From contig JAVZCV010000001.1 in assembly GCA_038874215.1 (NCBI GenBank), forward strand, positions 2,738-66,737: a stretch of 64,000 nt of DNA. The letters run 5' to 3'. The position numbers were made by a program, and so were the translations under genes. This DNA is from Candidatus Micrarchaeia archaeon. GTDB taxonomy: Archaea; Micrarchaeota; Micrarchaeia; Burarchaeales; JAVZCV01. Within the stretch, counting starts at the first letter, position 1. Each line of letters begins with the position of its first letter. This document shows, in pieces, positions 30,579 to 40,294 of this stretch. The notes under the pieces are model-generated. The model ran no database searches. It was not told where the DNA came from and saw only the letters and a program-made list of their open reading frames with translations.

Positions 30579-31877
30579 TCATATCGGCTTAACGTGCCCC
30601 CATTTATCAAGGGCGAGCCTTAGCTCATCATGATTCTTTGCGTATTCTTCCAAGCTTATGCCTGTGCTGTAGGCTTCTATTGCCTGCATGCATGCCTTCA
30701 CGCCTGCTTCAACACCTTTCGGATGCCCGAGCGTTCCGCCTCCCACCTGGATTACGATGTCAGTCGTGCCATATATGTTGAAAATTTCAGGTAGTATGCC
30801 TGGGTGGAGCCCGCCCGATGCAACGGGAAGCATGGGCTTTATTTTTCCCCATTTCTGGGGCATTCGCATATTTTCTATCTCGCCGACCTCTTTCTCGCAT
30901 ATCATCTCCTTTATTGCGAGAATTTCGCTCTTTGCACCCTGGAGCTTGCCTATAACTGTCCCTATGTGAAGCTGATCTATTCCGATGAGGCGCATGAGCT
31001 TTGCAAGGAAAAGCATGCTCATCCCATGCTCCTTTCTTGTGAACATCGCATGCATTGCCCTGTGCCCATGAATCGCCATGTCAAGGTCGTGCGCAAGCTC
31101 TGTTGCTGTTTGGACGGCTGTGAAACCAGAAATAACAACATCAAGCATGAAATACCTGAATCCCGCATCATGCACTACTCGTATTCTTTTCTCAAGCTCT
31201 TTCAGATTTGGGGCAGTCACGTTTATGAATGCGTCCTTTATTTCTCCCGTCTCTCTTTCTGCCCTATCACGCATCCTCGCAAGTAACCTAACGCGCTCAG
31301 AAAGCCTGTTGAAATTCTGGCTTGTAAGGTTTTCATCATCTTTGACGCAGTCAAAACCGCCTTTCCAAATTTCATAGGCAACTTCCGCATGCTCTCTTGC
31401 CGTGAAACCCACCTTGGGCTTTGGGACAACAGAGGTTATCGGCCCTTTTTTCTTTTTGAAAATTCTTCTTATCGCATCCCTCCCATAGTTCGGTCCTCTG
31501 AAATTCTTTATGTATGTGAGGGGAAGCTCAGCGTCAAGAAGCTTTAAACTCGCAACGGCTTTCATGCCGAATATGTTTCCCCCTATTCCTGCTATGAGTT
31601 GCGGTATGCTGCCCTCTTCCCAGAGCGCAATCGGGTATGCGATTTTTACATAGTTTTTGTCATGCCAGTATGCATGTGCCTTGAGTTTTTCCATAAGCTT
31701 TGGCATGCGCGCCAGCGTTGTCCACGTGCCCGTTGAGCTTTCTGATGCGAGCCTGCCGACAACGTCATCAACAGAAATGCCATCAGACGGCTCAAAATAG
31801 AAAAGAGCTTTTATTTCGTTGCTTTTTGGTGCGTATTTCCTATCAACAAACTCAGAGTACCATTCAAATTTATCCAA
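30579..31877 (-). CDS. rbcL: RuBisCO large subunit, archaeal form III-type
   Basis: ESSTGTW, GNIFG, KPK, KDDE, HRAMH, HIGT-GKL, ASGG and GGG are all intact. TTG start. Confidence 0.95.
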   Translation of the reverse strand: MDKFEWYSEFVDRKYAPKSNEIKALFYFEPSDGISVDDVVGRLASESSTGTWTTLARMPKLMEKLKAHAYWHDKNYVKIAYPIALWEEGSIPQLIAGIGGNIFGMKAVASLKLLDAELPLTYIKNFRGPNYGRDAIRRIFKKKKGPITSVVPKPKVGFTAREHAEVAYEIWKGGFDCVKDDENLTSQNFNRLSERVRLLARMRDRAERETGEIKDAFINVTAPNLKELEKRIRVVHDAGFRYFMLDVVISGFTAVQTATELAHDLDMAIHGHRAMHAMFTRKEHGMSMLFLAKLMRLIGIDQLHIGTVIGKLQGAKSEILAIKEMICEKEVGEIENMRMPQKWGKIKPMLPVASGGLHPGILPEIFNIYGTTDIVIQVGGGTLGHPKGVEAGVKACMQAIEAYSTGISLEEYAKNHDELRLALDKWGHVKPI

Positions 31878-31974
31878 CCTGACACCCGTGTTGTATTTCG
31901 GATAATGAAATATTAAAATACAACATCACTCAACTGTATGCGATAATTTTAATTAGTATTGGAAAAATCATCTC

Positions 31975-34596
31975 ATGAATACGAGCGGTTGCCACTTTCC
32001 CGATAAAATTAAGATAGATGAAGCGGCAACATGGAGCGAGCCGATTGAGAACCTTTACTCACGCCTCTCAACTTCCCCGAGCGGGCTTTCTTCAAAAGAG
32101 GCGAGGGCACGACTGAAGGTGTACGGGCAGAACGCAATACCAGAAAAGGACCGAAGAACTGCTTTTGATGTTCTCCTCTCACAGTTTGCAAGCCCGCTTC
32201 TGCTTATTCTGATAATTGCATCGGTAGTATCTGCTTTTGTTGGGGAGATATTTGACACGCTGATCATACTTGTTGTCATATCGGTAAGTGTCGTCCTCGG
32301 GTTCGTTCAGGAGTATAAATCTGAGAGAGTTTTGTCAGAGCTCAAAAGGTATTTCTCGCACCGTGCAGTCGTTCTTAGGGATGGGGAAAAGATGCAGATT
32401 GATGTGCGCGAACTTGTCCCGGGCGATGTTGTTTTTGTTCGGTTGGGTGATATCATCCCCGCGGACTTGCGTGTGATAGAAACAGAGGGAATACGGGTTG
32501 ATGAAAGTGTGCTTACGGGGGAATCACGCGAGGTTGAGAAAACGGAAGCGCCGTCAAGGTCTGCAATGAGCCCTCAAGATATAACAAACGGACTCTTCAT
32601 GGGGACAACAGTCGTTGATGGATATGCAAGGGCTCTCGTCGTTGCAACGGGTAAAGATACGTTTTTCGGCAGAACAGCAACGATTTTCAGCTCAAAAGTG
32701 CCAGAGTCTGATTTTCAGATGAACATTAAGCGCTTCGGCAACCTGCTCCTAAGGATAATCGTCGTTCTAGCGATTTTTGTATTCCTCACAAACTTTCTCC
32801 TCGGGCATGGGGAGAAAAGCCCGCTCGTTGAATCTGCCCTTTTTGCGCTCGCGATAGCTGTTGGTATCACGCCCGAAGCCCTCCCAGTGATAGTTACAGT
32901 GACACTTTCGTGGGGAAGCATGCTGCTTGCAAAGAAGAAGGTTGTTGTCAAGAAGCTCGCTGCAATAGAAGACCTTGGAGATATGGATGTTTTGTGCACC
33001 GACAAAACAGGCACGCTTACCGAAGAAAGCATTCAGATGGATAGGTATGTTGACCTTGACAGTAAGGACAGCCATGATGTTTTTGAGTATGCGTTTCTTT
33101 GCAACGCTGCTGAGGGAACGACCCACCTGAGGGGCAGCGCAATAGATGTGGCGATAAGAAGGAGCGGTATTGCATCAAAAATTGATGTTTCTCGCTTCAA
33201 AAAAATCCAAGAGGTTCCGTTTGATTTTACGAGGCGCAGAATGTCGCAGGTTGTTTCGGAGAGAGGGAGGAGGATTATCATAACAAAAGGTGAGCCTGAA
33301 TCAATCCTATCAGTATGCTCAAAAGTTAAGATGGGCGGTAGATACTACGATGTATCGGAGAAGCGTGAATATATCTTGGGGATGATTGCACGTTATGCGG
33401 ATGAAGGACAAACAACAATCGGAGTCGCATACCGTGAGATAGATGAAAAGAGAGAGTATACGAAGGAGGATGAACACGGCCTGATTTTTATAGGGTTTGT
33501 TCTTCTGAGCAATCCGCCTAAGCATGGAGTTCGCCACACTATTGAGAGGCTTAGGAAGCTTGGAATAAGGCTGAAAGTAGTAACTGGGGATGATCCGAGG
33601 CTTACGCGAAGATTATGCTATCAGATTGGTTTCGCACCTGCTGAGGACAGAGTCGTTACGGGCAATGAGATACGAAATATGAGTGAAAAGGAGCTTGCAG
33701 AAACTGTTGAGAGGTTTGATGTTTTTGCACGTGTAACGCCCGAGCAGAAGCTTGCAATCGTAGAGGCGCTGAGGAAAAACGGGCATGTGGTTGGGTTTCT
33801 TGGGGATGGAATAAACGATGCACCGGCTTTGCGCGCAGCCGATGTGGGCATATCTGTTGATACGGCAGCTGATGTCGCAAAGGAGGCGTCGCACATAATA
33901 CTTCTCAACAAGAGCTTGGGCGTGGTTTGCGATGGGGTTGAGGAAGGCCGCAACATATTCGCCAATATAACAAAGTACCTGCTCAACACCATGAGCGCAA
34001 ATCAGGGGAACATGATAACCGTGAGCCTTTCCTCTCTCTTTCTGCCATTCATTCCCCTTCTGCCCGTGCAAATACTTCTTACGAACATGCTTTCGGATAT
34101 CCCGCTTCTCAGCATATCTACGGACAATGTTGATAGGCACTATACGGAAAAACCGCAGAAGTGGGATATGAACATGCTTTTAAGGTTCATGGTGTTTTTT
34201 GGTGCGATAAGCTCGTTTTTTGATATACTCTTTATCGCAATCCTGCATTTTGTTATGAAGGTTGATGTGGACGTGTTCCGCACCGCATGGTTCTTGCTTT
34301 CTGTTCTTTCAGAAATGCTCATTCTGTTTTCTCTAAGAACGCAGTTGCCGTTTTTCAGGAGCATGCCGTCCCGCATGCTCATCGCAACATCGCTTGTCAT
34401 GATGCTTGCCTCCGTTGCGGTTGTCTATATAGCGCCCCTCTCGGAGCTCTTCCACTTTGTACCGCTCGGGGTGCCTATTCTTGCCCTTATGGGCGCCGTC
34501 CTTATTGCATATTTCGTTGCGACAGAAGTTGGCAAGTTTGTTTTCTTCTCATGCATATGCCCATCGCCAACCCCAACGGCCAAAAGTAATAAATAG
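31975..34596 (+). CDS. mgtA: Mg2+-translocating P-type ATPase
   Basis: TGES, VGITPE, DKTGTLT, PFDFTRRRMS, GDGINDAP, MSANQGN. Confidence 0.92.
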   Translation: MNTSGCHFPDKIKIDEAATWSEPIENLYSRLSTSPSGLSSKEARARLKVYGQNAIPEKDRRTAFDVLLSQFASPLLLILIIASVVSAFVGEIFDTLIILVVISVSVVLGFVQEYKSERVLSELKRYFSHRAVVLRDGEKMQIDVRELVPGDVVFVRLGDIIPADLRVIETEGIRVDESVLTGESREVEKTEAPSRSAMSPQDITNGLFMGTTVVDGYARALVVATGKDTFFGRTATIFSSKVPESDFQMNIKRFGNLLLRIIVVLAIFVFLTNFLLGHGEKSPLVESALFALAIAVGITPEALPVIVTVTLSWGSMLLAKKKVVVKKLAAIEDLGDMDVLCTDKTGTLTEESIQMDRYVDLDSKDSHDVFEYAFLCNAAEGTTHLRGSAIDVAIRRSGIASKIDVSRFKKIQEVPFDFTRRRMSQVVSERGRRIIITKGEPESILSVCSKVKMGGRYYDVSEKREYILGMIARYADEGQTTIGVAYREIDEKREYTKEDEHGLIFIGFVLLSNPPKHGVRHTIERLRKLGIRLKVVTGDDPRLTRRLCYQIGFAPAEDRVVTGNEIRNMSEKELAETVERFDVFARVTPEQKLAIVEALRKNGHVVGFLGDGINDAPALRAADVGISVDTAADVAKEASHIILLNKSLGVVCDGVEEGRNIFANITKYLLNTMSANQGNMITVSLSSLFLPFIPLLPVQILLTNMLSDIPLLSISTDNVDRHYTEKPQKWDMNMLLRFMVFFGAISSFFDILFIAILHFVMKVDVDVFRTAWFLLSVLSEMLILFSLRTQLPFFRSMPSRMLIATSLVMMLASVAVVYIAPLSELFHFVPLGVPILALMGAVLIAYFVATEVGKFVFFSCICPSPTPTAKSNK

Positions 34597-34628
34597 GTGG
34601 AGGGGAAGATGAAAGTGGAGGTGAGTTT

Positions 34629-34892
34629 GTGGCTGCTGGAGAAATCATAACCAACCTTCTTCTTGCAGTTGTTTATACGGTTGTTGGGGCTGTTCTTGGG
34701 ATGTTATTTCTGAGTATTGCAACGCTCATTGTGCCAAGGATAGTTGACATGATTACGCCAAAGATAGATGACGAGAAAGAGATGCTTCGCGGAAACCTTG
34801 CTGTTGCAACCTATGTTGCACAGATAACGCAGGCAGTCATAATCGGCATGAGCATCATAATAGCCGCGGCGGTAATCGGGGGCATATTCTAA
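34629..34892 (+). CDS. DUF350-family small membrane protein
   Basis: DMITPKID...EMLRGNLAVA...IIGMSIIIAAAV; GGAGGTGA SD. Confidence 0.8.
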   Translation: MAAGEIITNLLLAVVYTVVGAVLGMLFLSIATLIVPRIVDMITPKIDDEKEMLRGNLAVATYVAQITQAVIIGMSIIIAAAVIGGIF

Positions 34893-34900
34893 GTGGAAAA

Positions 34901-37054
34901 ATGAAGCGTATATTGTTTTTTTTACTATTGGCTTCCTTTTTATTGTCTTTTTCTCCAGCATACGCGAGGGCGGGCGGGGGTTGCTTTCTTCCAGATACGC
35001 TTATTCTTGCGGCAAATGGGACGCTGGTTCCGATAGGTAGTTTGAAAAGTGGGGATGTTCTTCTTGCATTTACCGAAAATGAGCAGATAGTTAATGTAAG
35101 CGTAGATGAAGCGTACGGCATAGAGGTAGACGGGTATTACGTGATAGGTATAGAAAAAATAGAAGTGAAAGTTACGGGGGAACATCCATTCTACGTTGGA
35201 GATGGTAAATTCAAGGTGGCAGAGGAGATTGAAATCGGTGATTATGTTTTCGTTTTCAATGGAACAAGTCTTTCTCGGCAGATGGTTGTGGGAAAAAGAA
35301 AGGTGAATGAGAGCGGAGTTAAGGTATACAATTTGAGGACTGGCTGGCCGAACACATACTTTGCGAATTTTATTGCAGTGCATAATAAAGGGGGAGGAGG
35401 CGGGGGCGGTGGAGGGGGAGTTAGATCTTCATCTAGCAAGCACTACGAATCGCCATACAGAGAAGATACATACTGTGGAGCTGTAAAGACGTTTGAGCTG
35501 AAGAATGGGAGCAAGATAAACGGAAGCGAGTGCATCTACGTACATTACCACAAAACGCAAAGCCCACAGGCAACAAGGCTTTCAGACTGTGTTCGCACTA
35601 ATTCAGATTCATGGAAGCAGTGCGAGAGTCTTGCGGGTTTCGCTTTGAGTCATGAATTGCAGTTTAGGTGTGCAAACGATGAGGAATGCGCGGGTCTGGA
35701 TTATATTGAATTGAAGAATGGCATGCGTGTGAAGGTTATAAAGCCGCTAGTAACTTTTGACTGTTGTACTTGTTGCTGTGTTGGCATATTCTTTATGGCT
35801 TTTGGTTTGTTTTTTGTGGGCGGAATTGCAAATTCGGTCTTGTATGTTGTGAGTGGTGGGAGGTTGGGCTTCCGCCCATACCGCACTGGCGAAAATTTGG
35901 ACTATTGCTACTCCCCTGCACAGATTGATGCGAAGGTAGCGAGAACGAAAAAGCTGCTTGATTACCTCGCGGGCATTGACAGAATGTGGGAACCAGAGCT
36001 TCTTAAAAAGACTGCAAGGGAGACTTTTACCAAAATGCAGAGATGCTGGGAGGCACGCGATTACTCGGAAATGCGGCCCCTCATGATGCCGTACCTGTAT
36101 GCGCAACATGTAGCGCAGATAGAATCAATGAAGCGGAACCATGAGATAAACAAGCTTGAAGGGCTTGAAATTAGGAGAGTAGATATAGTGCATCTCAGGC
36201 ATTATGCGAAGAAGAACCAGCAGGAATTCACGGCGCTTGTAGAAGCAAGCGTTCGGGACTATTATGTTGATGACAGAACGGGTGCATTTCTACGGGGAGA
36301 CAAAGTTCCAGCAACTTTTCAGGAGTTTTTGGTTTTCCAAAGGCAGGAGGATAGATGGCTTCTGAGGGAGATAAACCAGACCCGCGAGTCAGATGCGCTT
36401 AGGGCAGAGAATTTCGTTGAGGAACTTACGCCGCTGCAGCTCCAGAACATATATGGTTCTGCTGCGCAAAAGCCAACCGAAAAAGCCCCATGGTTAGATG
36501 ATTCGCTCGCACAGAAGGGCGAAAAGGTACATAGAATGCTGAATTTCCTCTCAACAACAGACAAAAGCTGGGATGAGGATTTCATGAAGGAAAGCGCAAG
36601 AAGGATATTCGTTGAGGTTCTAAGCGCTTTTGAAAAACGGGATATTTCGGCTCTCGCGCCTTATCTTATGCCCGAGGCATTGGAGTTTTACAACGGGCAG
36701 ATTGGAAAAATGAAGGAAGAAAACAGGACTATTGAATACAGAAACATGTGCGTGAGGAAGGTTGAGATAATCCTTGTAAAAAACTTTGCTGACAGCGATA
36801 AAGACGAGTTCACGTGCAGGATAAGTGCGCACGCACAGAAGATAGAGAGAAAGGGAGGCGTGGTAGTTCATAGGGACCCTGATGTCGTGCCTTTTGAGGA
36901 ATATTTGACATTCCAGAAGCAAAAAGGCGAGTGGAAGCTTAGGGAAGTGCAACCGCCAGCACGAGCGCATGCAATGATAGTGGCGGAAAACGTGGATGAG
37001 GAGGTTTCAAAAGAACAGGTGCAGTGGTATTACACAAAGGATAGAGCGCTCTGA
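34901..37054 (+). CDS. Exported Hint-domain protein with TM segment and tandem Tim44-like domains
   Basis: Signal peptide (AYA|RAGGG), Hint domain, Gly10, Cys-rich region, TM. Then two repeats of LL.YL...D..W...AR..F ... F.E...F......W.L.E. Confidence 0.85.
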   Translation: MKRILFFLLLASFLLSFSPAYARAGGGCFLPDTLILAANGTLVPIGSLKSGDVLLAFTENEQIVNVSVDEAYGIEVDGYYVIGIEKIEVKVTGEHPFYVGDGKFKVAEEIEIGDYVFVFNGTSLSRQMVVGKRKVNESGVKVYNLRTGWPNTYFANFIAVHNKGGGGGGGGGGVRSSSSKHYESPYREDTYCGAVKTFELKNGSKINGSECIYVHYHKTQSPQATRLSDCVRTNSDSWKQCESLAGFALSHELQFRCANDEECAGLDYIELKNGMRVKVIKPLVTFDCCTCCCVGIFFMAFGLFFVGGIANSVLYVVSGGRLGFRPYRTGENLDYCYSPAQIDAKVARTKKLLDYLAGIDRMWEPELLKKTARETFTKMQRCWEARDYSEMRPLMMPYLYAQHVAQIESMKRNHEINKLEGLEIRRVDIVHLRHYAKKNQQEFTALVEASVRDYYVDDRTGAFLRGDKVPATFQEFLVFQRQEDRWLLREINQTRESDALRAENFVEELTPLQLQNIYGSAAQKPTEKAPWLDDSLAQKGEKVHRMLNFLSTTDKSWDEDFMKESARRIFVEVLSAFEKRDISALAPYLMPEALEFYNGQIGKMKEENRTIEYRNMCVRKVEIILVKNFADSDKDEFTCRISAHAQKIERKGGVVVHRDPDVVPFEEYLTFQKQKGEWKLREVQPPARAHAMIVAENVDEEVSKEQVQWYYTKDRAL
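34982..35386 (+). other. Hint (intein-like/BIL) domain, 135 aa, no endonuclease, +1 residue Lys
   Basis: Block A CFLPDTLI, block B VTGEHPFYV, block F VYNL, block G YFANFIAVHN, followed by K. Confidence 0.9.
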
Positions 37055-37058
37055 TGTG

Positions 37059-37457
37059 CTATTTTATTACTGAAAGCGCCATACTTTCAATGCGGGAATA
37101 GTCTTCTTTGCTTCTTTTTTTCAGCCTGCGCATTTTTTTTATCCCCAAGCGATTTATGGGAATCGGAGTTTCGCTAAAAACGATGAATTCCGAGTAGCTT
37201 TTTGCGCCAGCCTTCTTTACTGCGCTTTCAAAATTTCTGACGCCCGCAACACGCAGAAGCATCTCGTTTTCAAGTTTTCTGGCTATGTTGCAACCTTCTT
37301 CAAAGGAACGCTTTGCCTGAAAATATGCGAATTTTACCTCCAACTCTGAGCTTATCGCATTCTTGTCAAAAGCCTGCACTATTCCTCCACGGGCTTCTCT
37401 TATTCTTTTTAAGAATTCGTGTATTGGCAGGTCCGTCTCCACTACCCGTATGTGCAT
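37059..37457 (-). CDS. cgi121: KEOPS complex subunit Cgi121
   Basis: VQAFD, NIARKLENEMLLRVAGVRN..AVKKAG, ESMAL. Confidence 0.8.
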   Translation of the reverse strand: MHIRVVETDLPIHEFLKRIREARGGIVQAFDKNAISSELEVKFAYFQAKRSFEEGCNIARKLENEMLLRVAGVRNFESAVKKAGAKSYSEFIVFSETPIPINRLGIKKMRRLKKRSKEDYSRIESMALSVIK

Positions 37458-37515
37458 GTAAACAGCATTGAATCAAACTTTATATAGTTTCCTCTGTATA
37501 AATTTAACGATTTTT

Positions 37516-37896
37516 ATGGAGGAATTTCACGGAAGGTCTGGAAGGAAATCTTCGGGTACGGGTGGTAGGATAAAGAAACACAGGGACAAAAGGCTATTTG
37601 AGATAGGGGGAGTTTTCACTGCGACGAAGGTTGGGGATTCTGACGCGAGGTTTGTAAGCCGTACGAGAGGCGGTGGTACCAAGGTAAGGCTCAGGCAGGC
37701 TTCTTTCGTTAATGTGGTAACAAAGGATGGAATAAAACGTGCGAAGATACGCACTGTTCTGGAAACGCCCGATAACAGGCACTATGCAAGGCAGAACATA
37801 ATAACAAAAGGCACGATTCTTGATACGGAATTCGGGAAGGTTAGGGTAACGAACCGCGTTGGGCAAGATGGAGTAATAAACGGAGTGCTTGTTTGA
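37516..37896 (+). CDS. rps8e: 30S ribosomal protein S8e
   Basis: RTRGG, RQNIITKGTI, VTNRVGQDGVINGVL. Confidence 0.96.
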   Translation: MEEFHGRSGRKSSGTGGRIKKHRDKRLFEIGGVFTATKVGDSDARFVSRTRGGGTKVRLRQASFVNVVTKDGIKRAKIRTVLETPDNRHYARQNIITKGTILDTEFGKVRVTNRVGQDGVINGVLV

Positions 37897-37910
37897 ATCG
37901 TAGGGAGCGG

Positions 37911-38189
37911 CTATTTTTTCTTTCTTGTGTTGAACTCTATTCTGAGCAACACTTGGAGTAGGGTCATGGTTGATATGTAGAGAAGCGTCACGCCTACAAA
38001 TGCCATGTTTTTGATTATCCACTCAGTTGTTGTCGCAAAAAACATGTTCACAAGCGCTATTGCAAACATGAAGGCTACTAAAAGATTTCCTATCTCTATC
38101 ATGAATAACCAATTGTGCAGGTCCTCCTCGGTTTCAACGATAAGAAGACGATTAAGCCAGTTTTTCTTGGTTTCCTGCATGGAGACCAC
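37911..38189 (-). CDS. Small two-TM membrane protein
   Basis: Two hydrophobic helices and a basic C-terminus. Confidence 0.55.
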   Translation of the reverse strand: MVSMQETKKNWLNRLLIVETEEDLHNWLFMIEIGNLLVAFMFAIALVNMFFATTTEWIIKNMAFVGVTLLYISTMTLLQVLLRIEFNTRKKK

Positions 38190-38256
38190 CGTAGTTATAT
38201 CTCCCGATTATTTTTAAATTGTGTATGCCTACGTATTTTCCAGTTTGGTGAATTTT

Positions 38257-39045
38257 ATGAAAATCGGTACAGTTATGCTTGATGGAAAAAGAAGGGCGGC
38301 GATATTTGAGGGAAGCGTTGTGAAACTGCTTGATAGGGAAGATGCACGCAAGCATATTGAGAATCCAGGGAACTTATGCGAGGAAGTAAATGCTGGGGAT
38401 GTGGAGTTTCTTCCCCCCATACCAAACCCAGAGAAAATAGTGTGCGTAGGCCTGAATTATCGTGAGCATGCAAGAGAGCTTATAGAGAAGAAGCTTCTTA
38501 ACGAGATACCGAATGAGCCGACAATTTTTCTGAAGCCGCCATCTGCACTAATCGGGCATGAAGGAAGGATAATGTGGCCACGCTATCAAGAAGTTAAGAG
38601 GGTTGACTACGAGGCAGAACTCGCCGTTGTTATAGGGAAGAAATGCAGGAACGTTTCCCCAGAGGAGGCGGGGGAGTTCATCGCAGGGTTAACGTGTTTC
38701 AATGACGTTACTGCGAGAGACGTACAGAAGAGGGATGGGCAGTGGACGAGAGCGAAGAGCTACGATACGTTTGCCCCACTCGGCCCTTGGATAGTAAAGG
38801 GGGTTGATGCAGACAACCTCAGAATACGCTGCATTCTGAATGGCAAGGTAGTGCAGGACTCCAGAACATCTGATATGATATTCGGTGTAAACAGGGTAGT
38901 TTCATTCATATCCTGCGTGATGACGCTCAAATGCGGTGATATAATAGCGACGGGCACGCCGAGCGGAGTAGGAGAGCTCCACAAAGGCGATGTTGTTGAA
39001 GTTGAGATAGAAAACATAGGCATTCTAAGAAATCGGGTTTTCTGA
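38257..39045 (+). CDS. Fumarylacetoacetate hydrolase-family protein
   Basis: CVGLNY, DYEAEL, NDVTARD, WTRAKSYDTF, TGTPSGVG. Confidence 0.95.
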   Translation: MKIGTVMLDGKRRAAIFEGSVVKLLDREDARKHIENPGNLCEEVNAGDVEFLPPIPNPEKIVCVGLNYREHARELIEKKLLNEIPNEPTIFLKPPSALIGHEGRIMWPRYQEVKRVDYEAELAVVIGKKCRNVSPEEAGEFIAGLTCFNDVTARDVQKRDGQWTRAKSYDTFAPLGPWIVKGVDADNLRIRCILNGKVVQDSRTSDMIFGVNRVVSFISCVMTLKCGDIIATGTPSGVGELHKGDVVEVEIENIGILRNRVF

Positions 39046-40239
39046 TTGCTCGGTGCGCAGTGCAATCATGGGGGTTAGCATTTCCATGCGCACTACTCCC
39101 TGCCCAATGTATTCAACATTGGCGCTGACGTATATTGTGCTGTTTTCCGCTGTGGTATGTGGTACGAGCAGAACGCCAAAGCGCGAGCGGTAAGGAACGT
39201 ATAGTTCACCGAAAGGCGTTTCAATTCTGTGCGGGCTTCGGAGAATTGCATAGCGATAGAGGTCAATTTTTTTACCAGCGAAGATTTCAGTGAGAGGTTC
39301 CATTGGGGTTGTATTGTAGTCAAATGCAAACGCAAGAATGGACTCTGGGAATTCCATTGTCGCATTGAATGTTGAGAAGTCCTGCTCTATCCGCATTTTA
39401 TCTGTGAAATCATCGGCAATAATGAGAATATCGCCCGAAACATCTTTTACGTAGGATAGGTTTTTAGCGAATTCGGACATTTCTTTATTTTCACCCATTC
39501 CAAGTACGCGGACTGTGGAGATAGGCGTGTAGTTGAGAAGCGATACGTTTGAGAGGCTTTCCCCTAGTTTCCGTGCTATTTCTGGAAAATGAATGTTCCG
39601 CTCTTCCCACCCGAAGCTCACAATTGCCCCATATCTGTCTATTAGTCTCTCAACTCTCGCCTCTACGGGTAGGTTTGCTTTTTTCTGCCTAACAAGCGGG
39701 AGCAACTCCAATACTTCCTCATCGGAAACGAGCGCCCGTACTTGTATGGTTAAATTCGTTCCCTCCGCTGTAACAGGGTCTATTTCAATTTTCAGCGGGC
39801 GAGAGTATGATATCTTCCTCCCTTTTACATCCAAGCCTTCGGTTAGCAAAACTCTTGCCTTGCCCTTAACTGCAAAAGTCTCGTTGAGTGCGTAAAGCTC
39901 TCTTGCAATCTCAGTTATGTTTGAATCTCGTTCAAGCACAAGAGCAATTTCGCCTTTGCTGATGGGGTTTGCAAATGCAAAACGCGAATCGCGTGAGAGT
40001 TTCATGAGCAGCTCTTCGCTTCCATTCACAACCAAGATGTTTTCGTAGCCTATTACTATTGCGTTCAGCTCTGCAAAAACGGGTATGGTTTCGTTGAGAG
40101 TTTTGTTTTGTTCCTCACTACTTTGGCTTTGCCTTCCACCTAAAACAAGTGGTTCAAGTATAAACGCAAGCACTATGAGTACAACCACTATTTTTATTAT
40201 ATTTTCCTTTGTTAATATAGTCTCTCCATTATTCGCCAT
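39025..40239 (-). CDS. Membrane-anchored hypothetical protein
   Basis: Likely start MANNGE at 40239; N-terminal TM and several N-x-S/T sequons. Confidence 0.7.
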   Translation of the reverse strand: MANNGETILTKENIIKIVVVLIVLAFILEPLVLGGRQSQSSEEQNKTLNETIPVFAELNAIVIGYENILVVNGSEELLMKLSRDSRFAFANPISKGEIALVLERDSNITEIARELYALNETFAVKGKARVLLTEGLDVKGRKISYSRPLKIEIDPVTAEGTNLTIQVRALVSDEEVLELLPLVRQKKANLPVEARVERLIDRYGAIVSFGWEERNIHFPEIARKLGESLSNVSLLNYTPISTVRVLGMGENKEMSEFAKNLSYVKDVSGDILIIADDFTDKMRIEQDFSTFNATMEFPESILAFAFDYNTTPMEPLTEIFAGKKIDLYRYAILRSPHRIETPFGELYVPYRSRFGVLLVPHTTAENSTIYVSANVEYIGQGVVRMEMLTPMIALRTEQSENPIS

Positions 40240-40294
40240 GTGTGTTTTGGGTGAAAAAAAGGTTATAACATTAACGCAATCGGGGGTTTTTGGT

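Noticed and set aside
34982-35386. Canonical mobile intein
   Set aside because: No homing endonuclease, +1 residue is Lys, and the host is an exported protein; treated as a Hint/BIL domain.
35390-35419. G-rich tract as a G-quadruplex or phase-variable run
   Set aside because: Mixed Gly codons encoding the Gly10 linker, with no long homopolymer.
40085-40294. N-terminal extension of the FKBP ORF
   Set aside because: Overlaps the divergent gene and promoter; FKBP homology starts at 40295.
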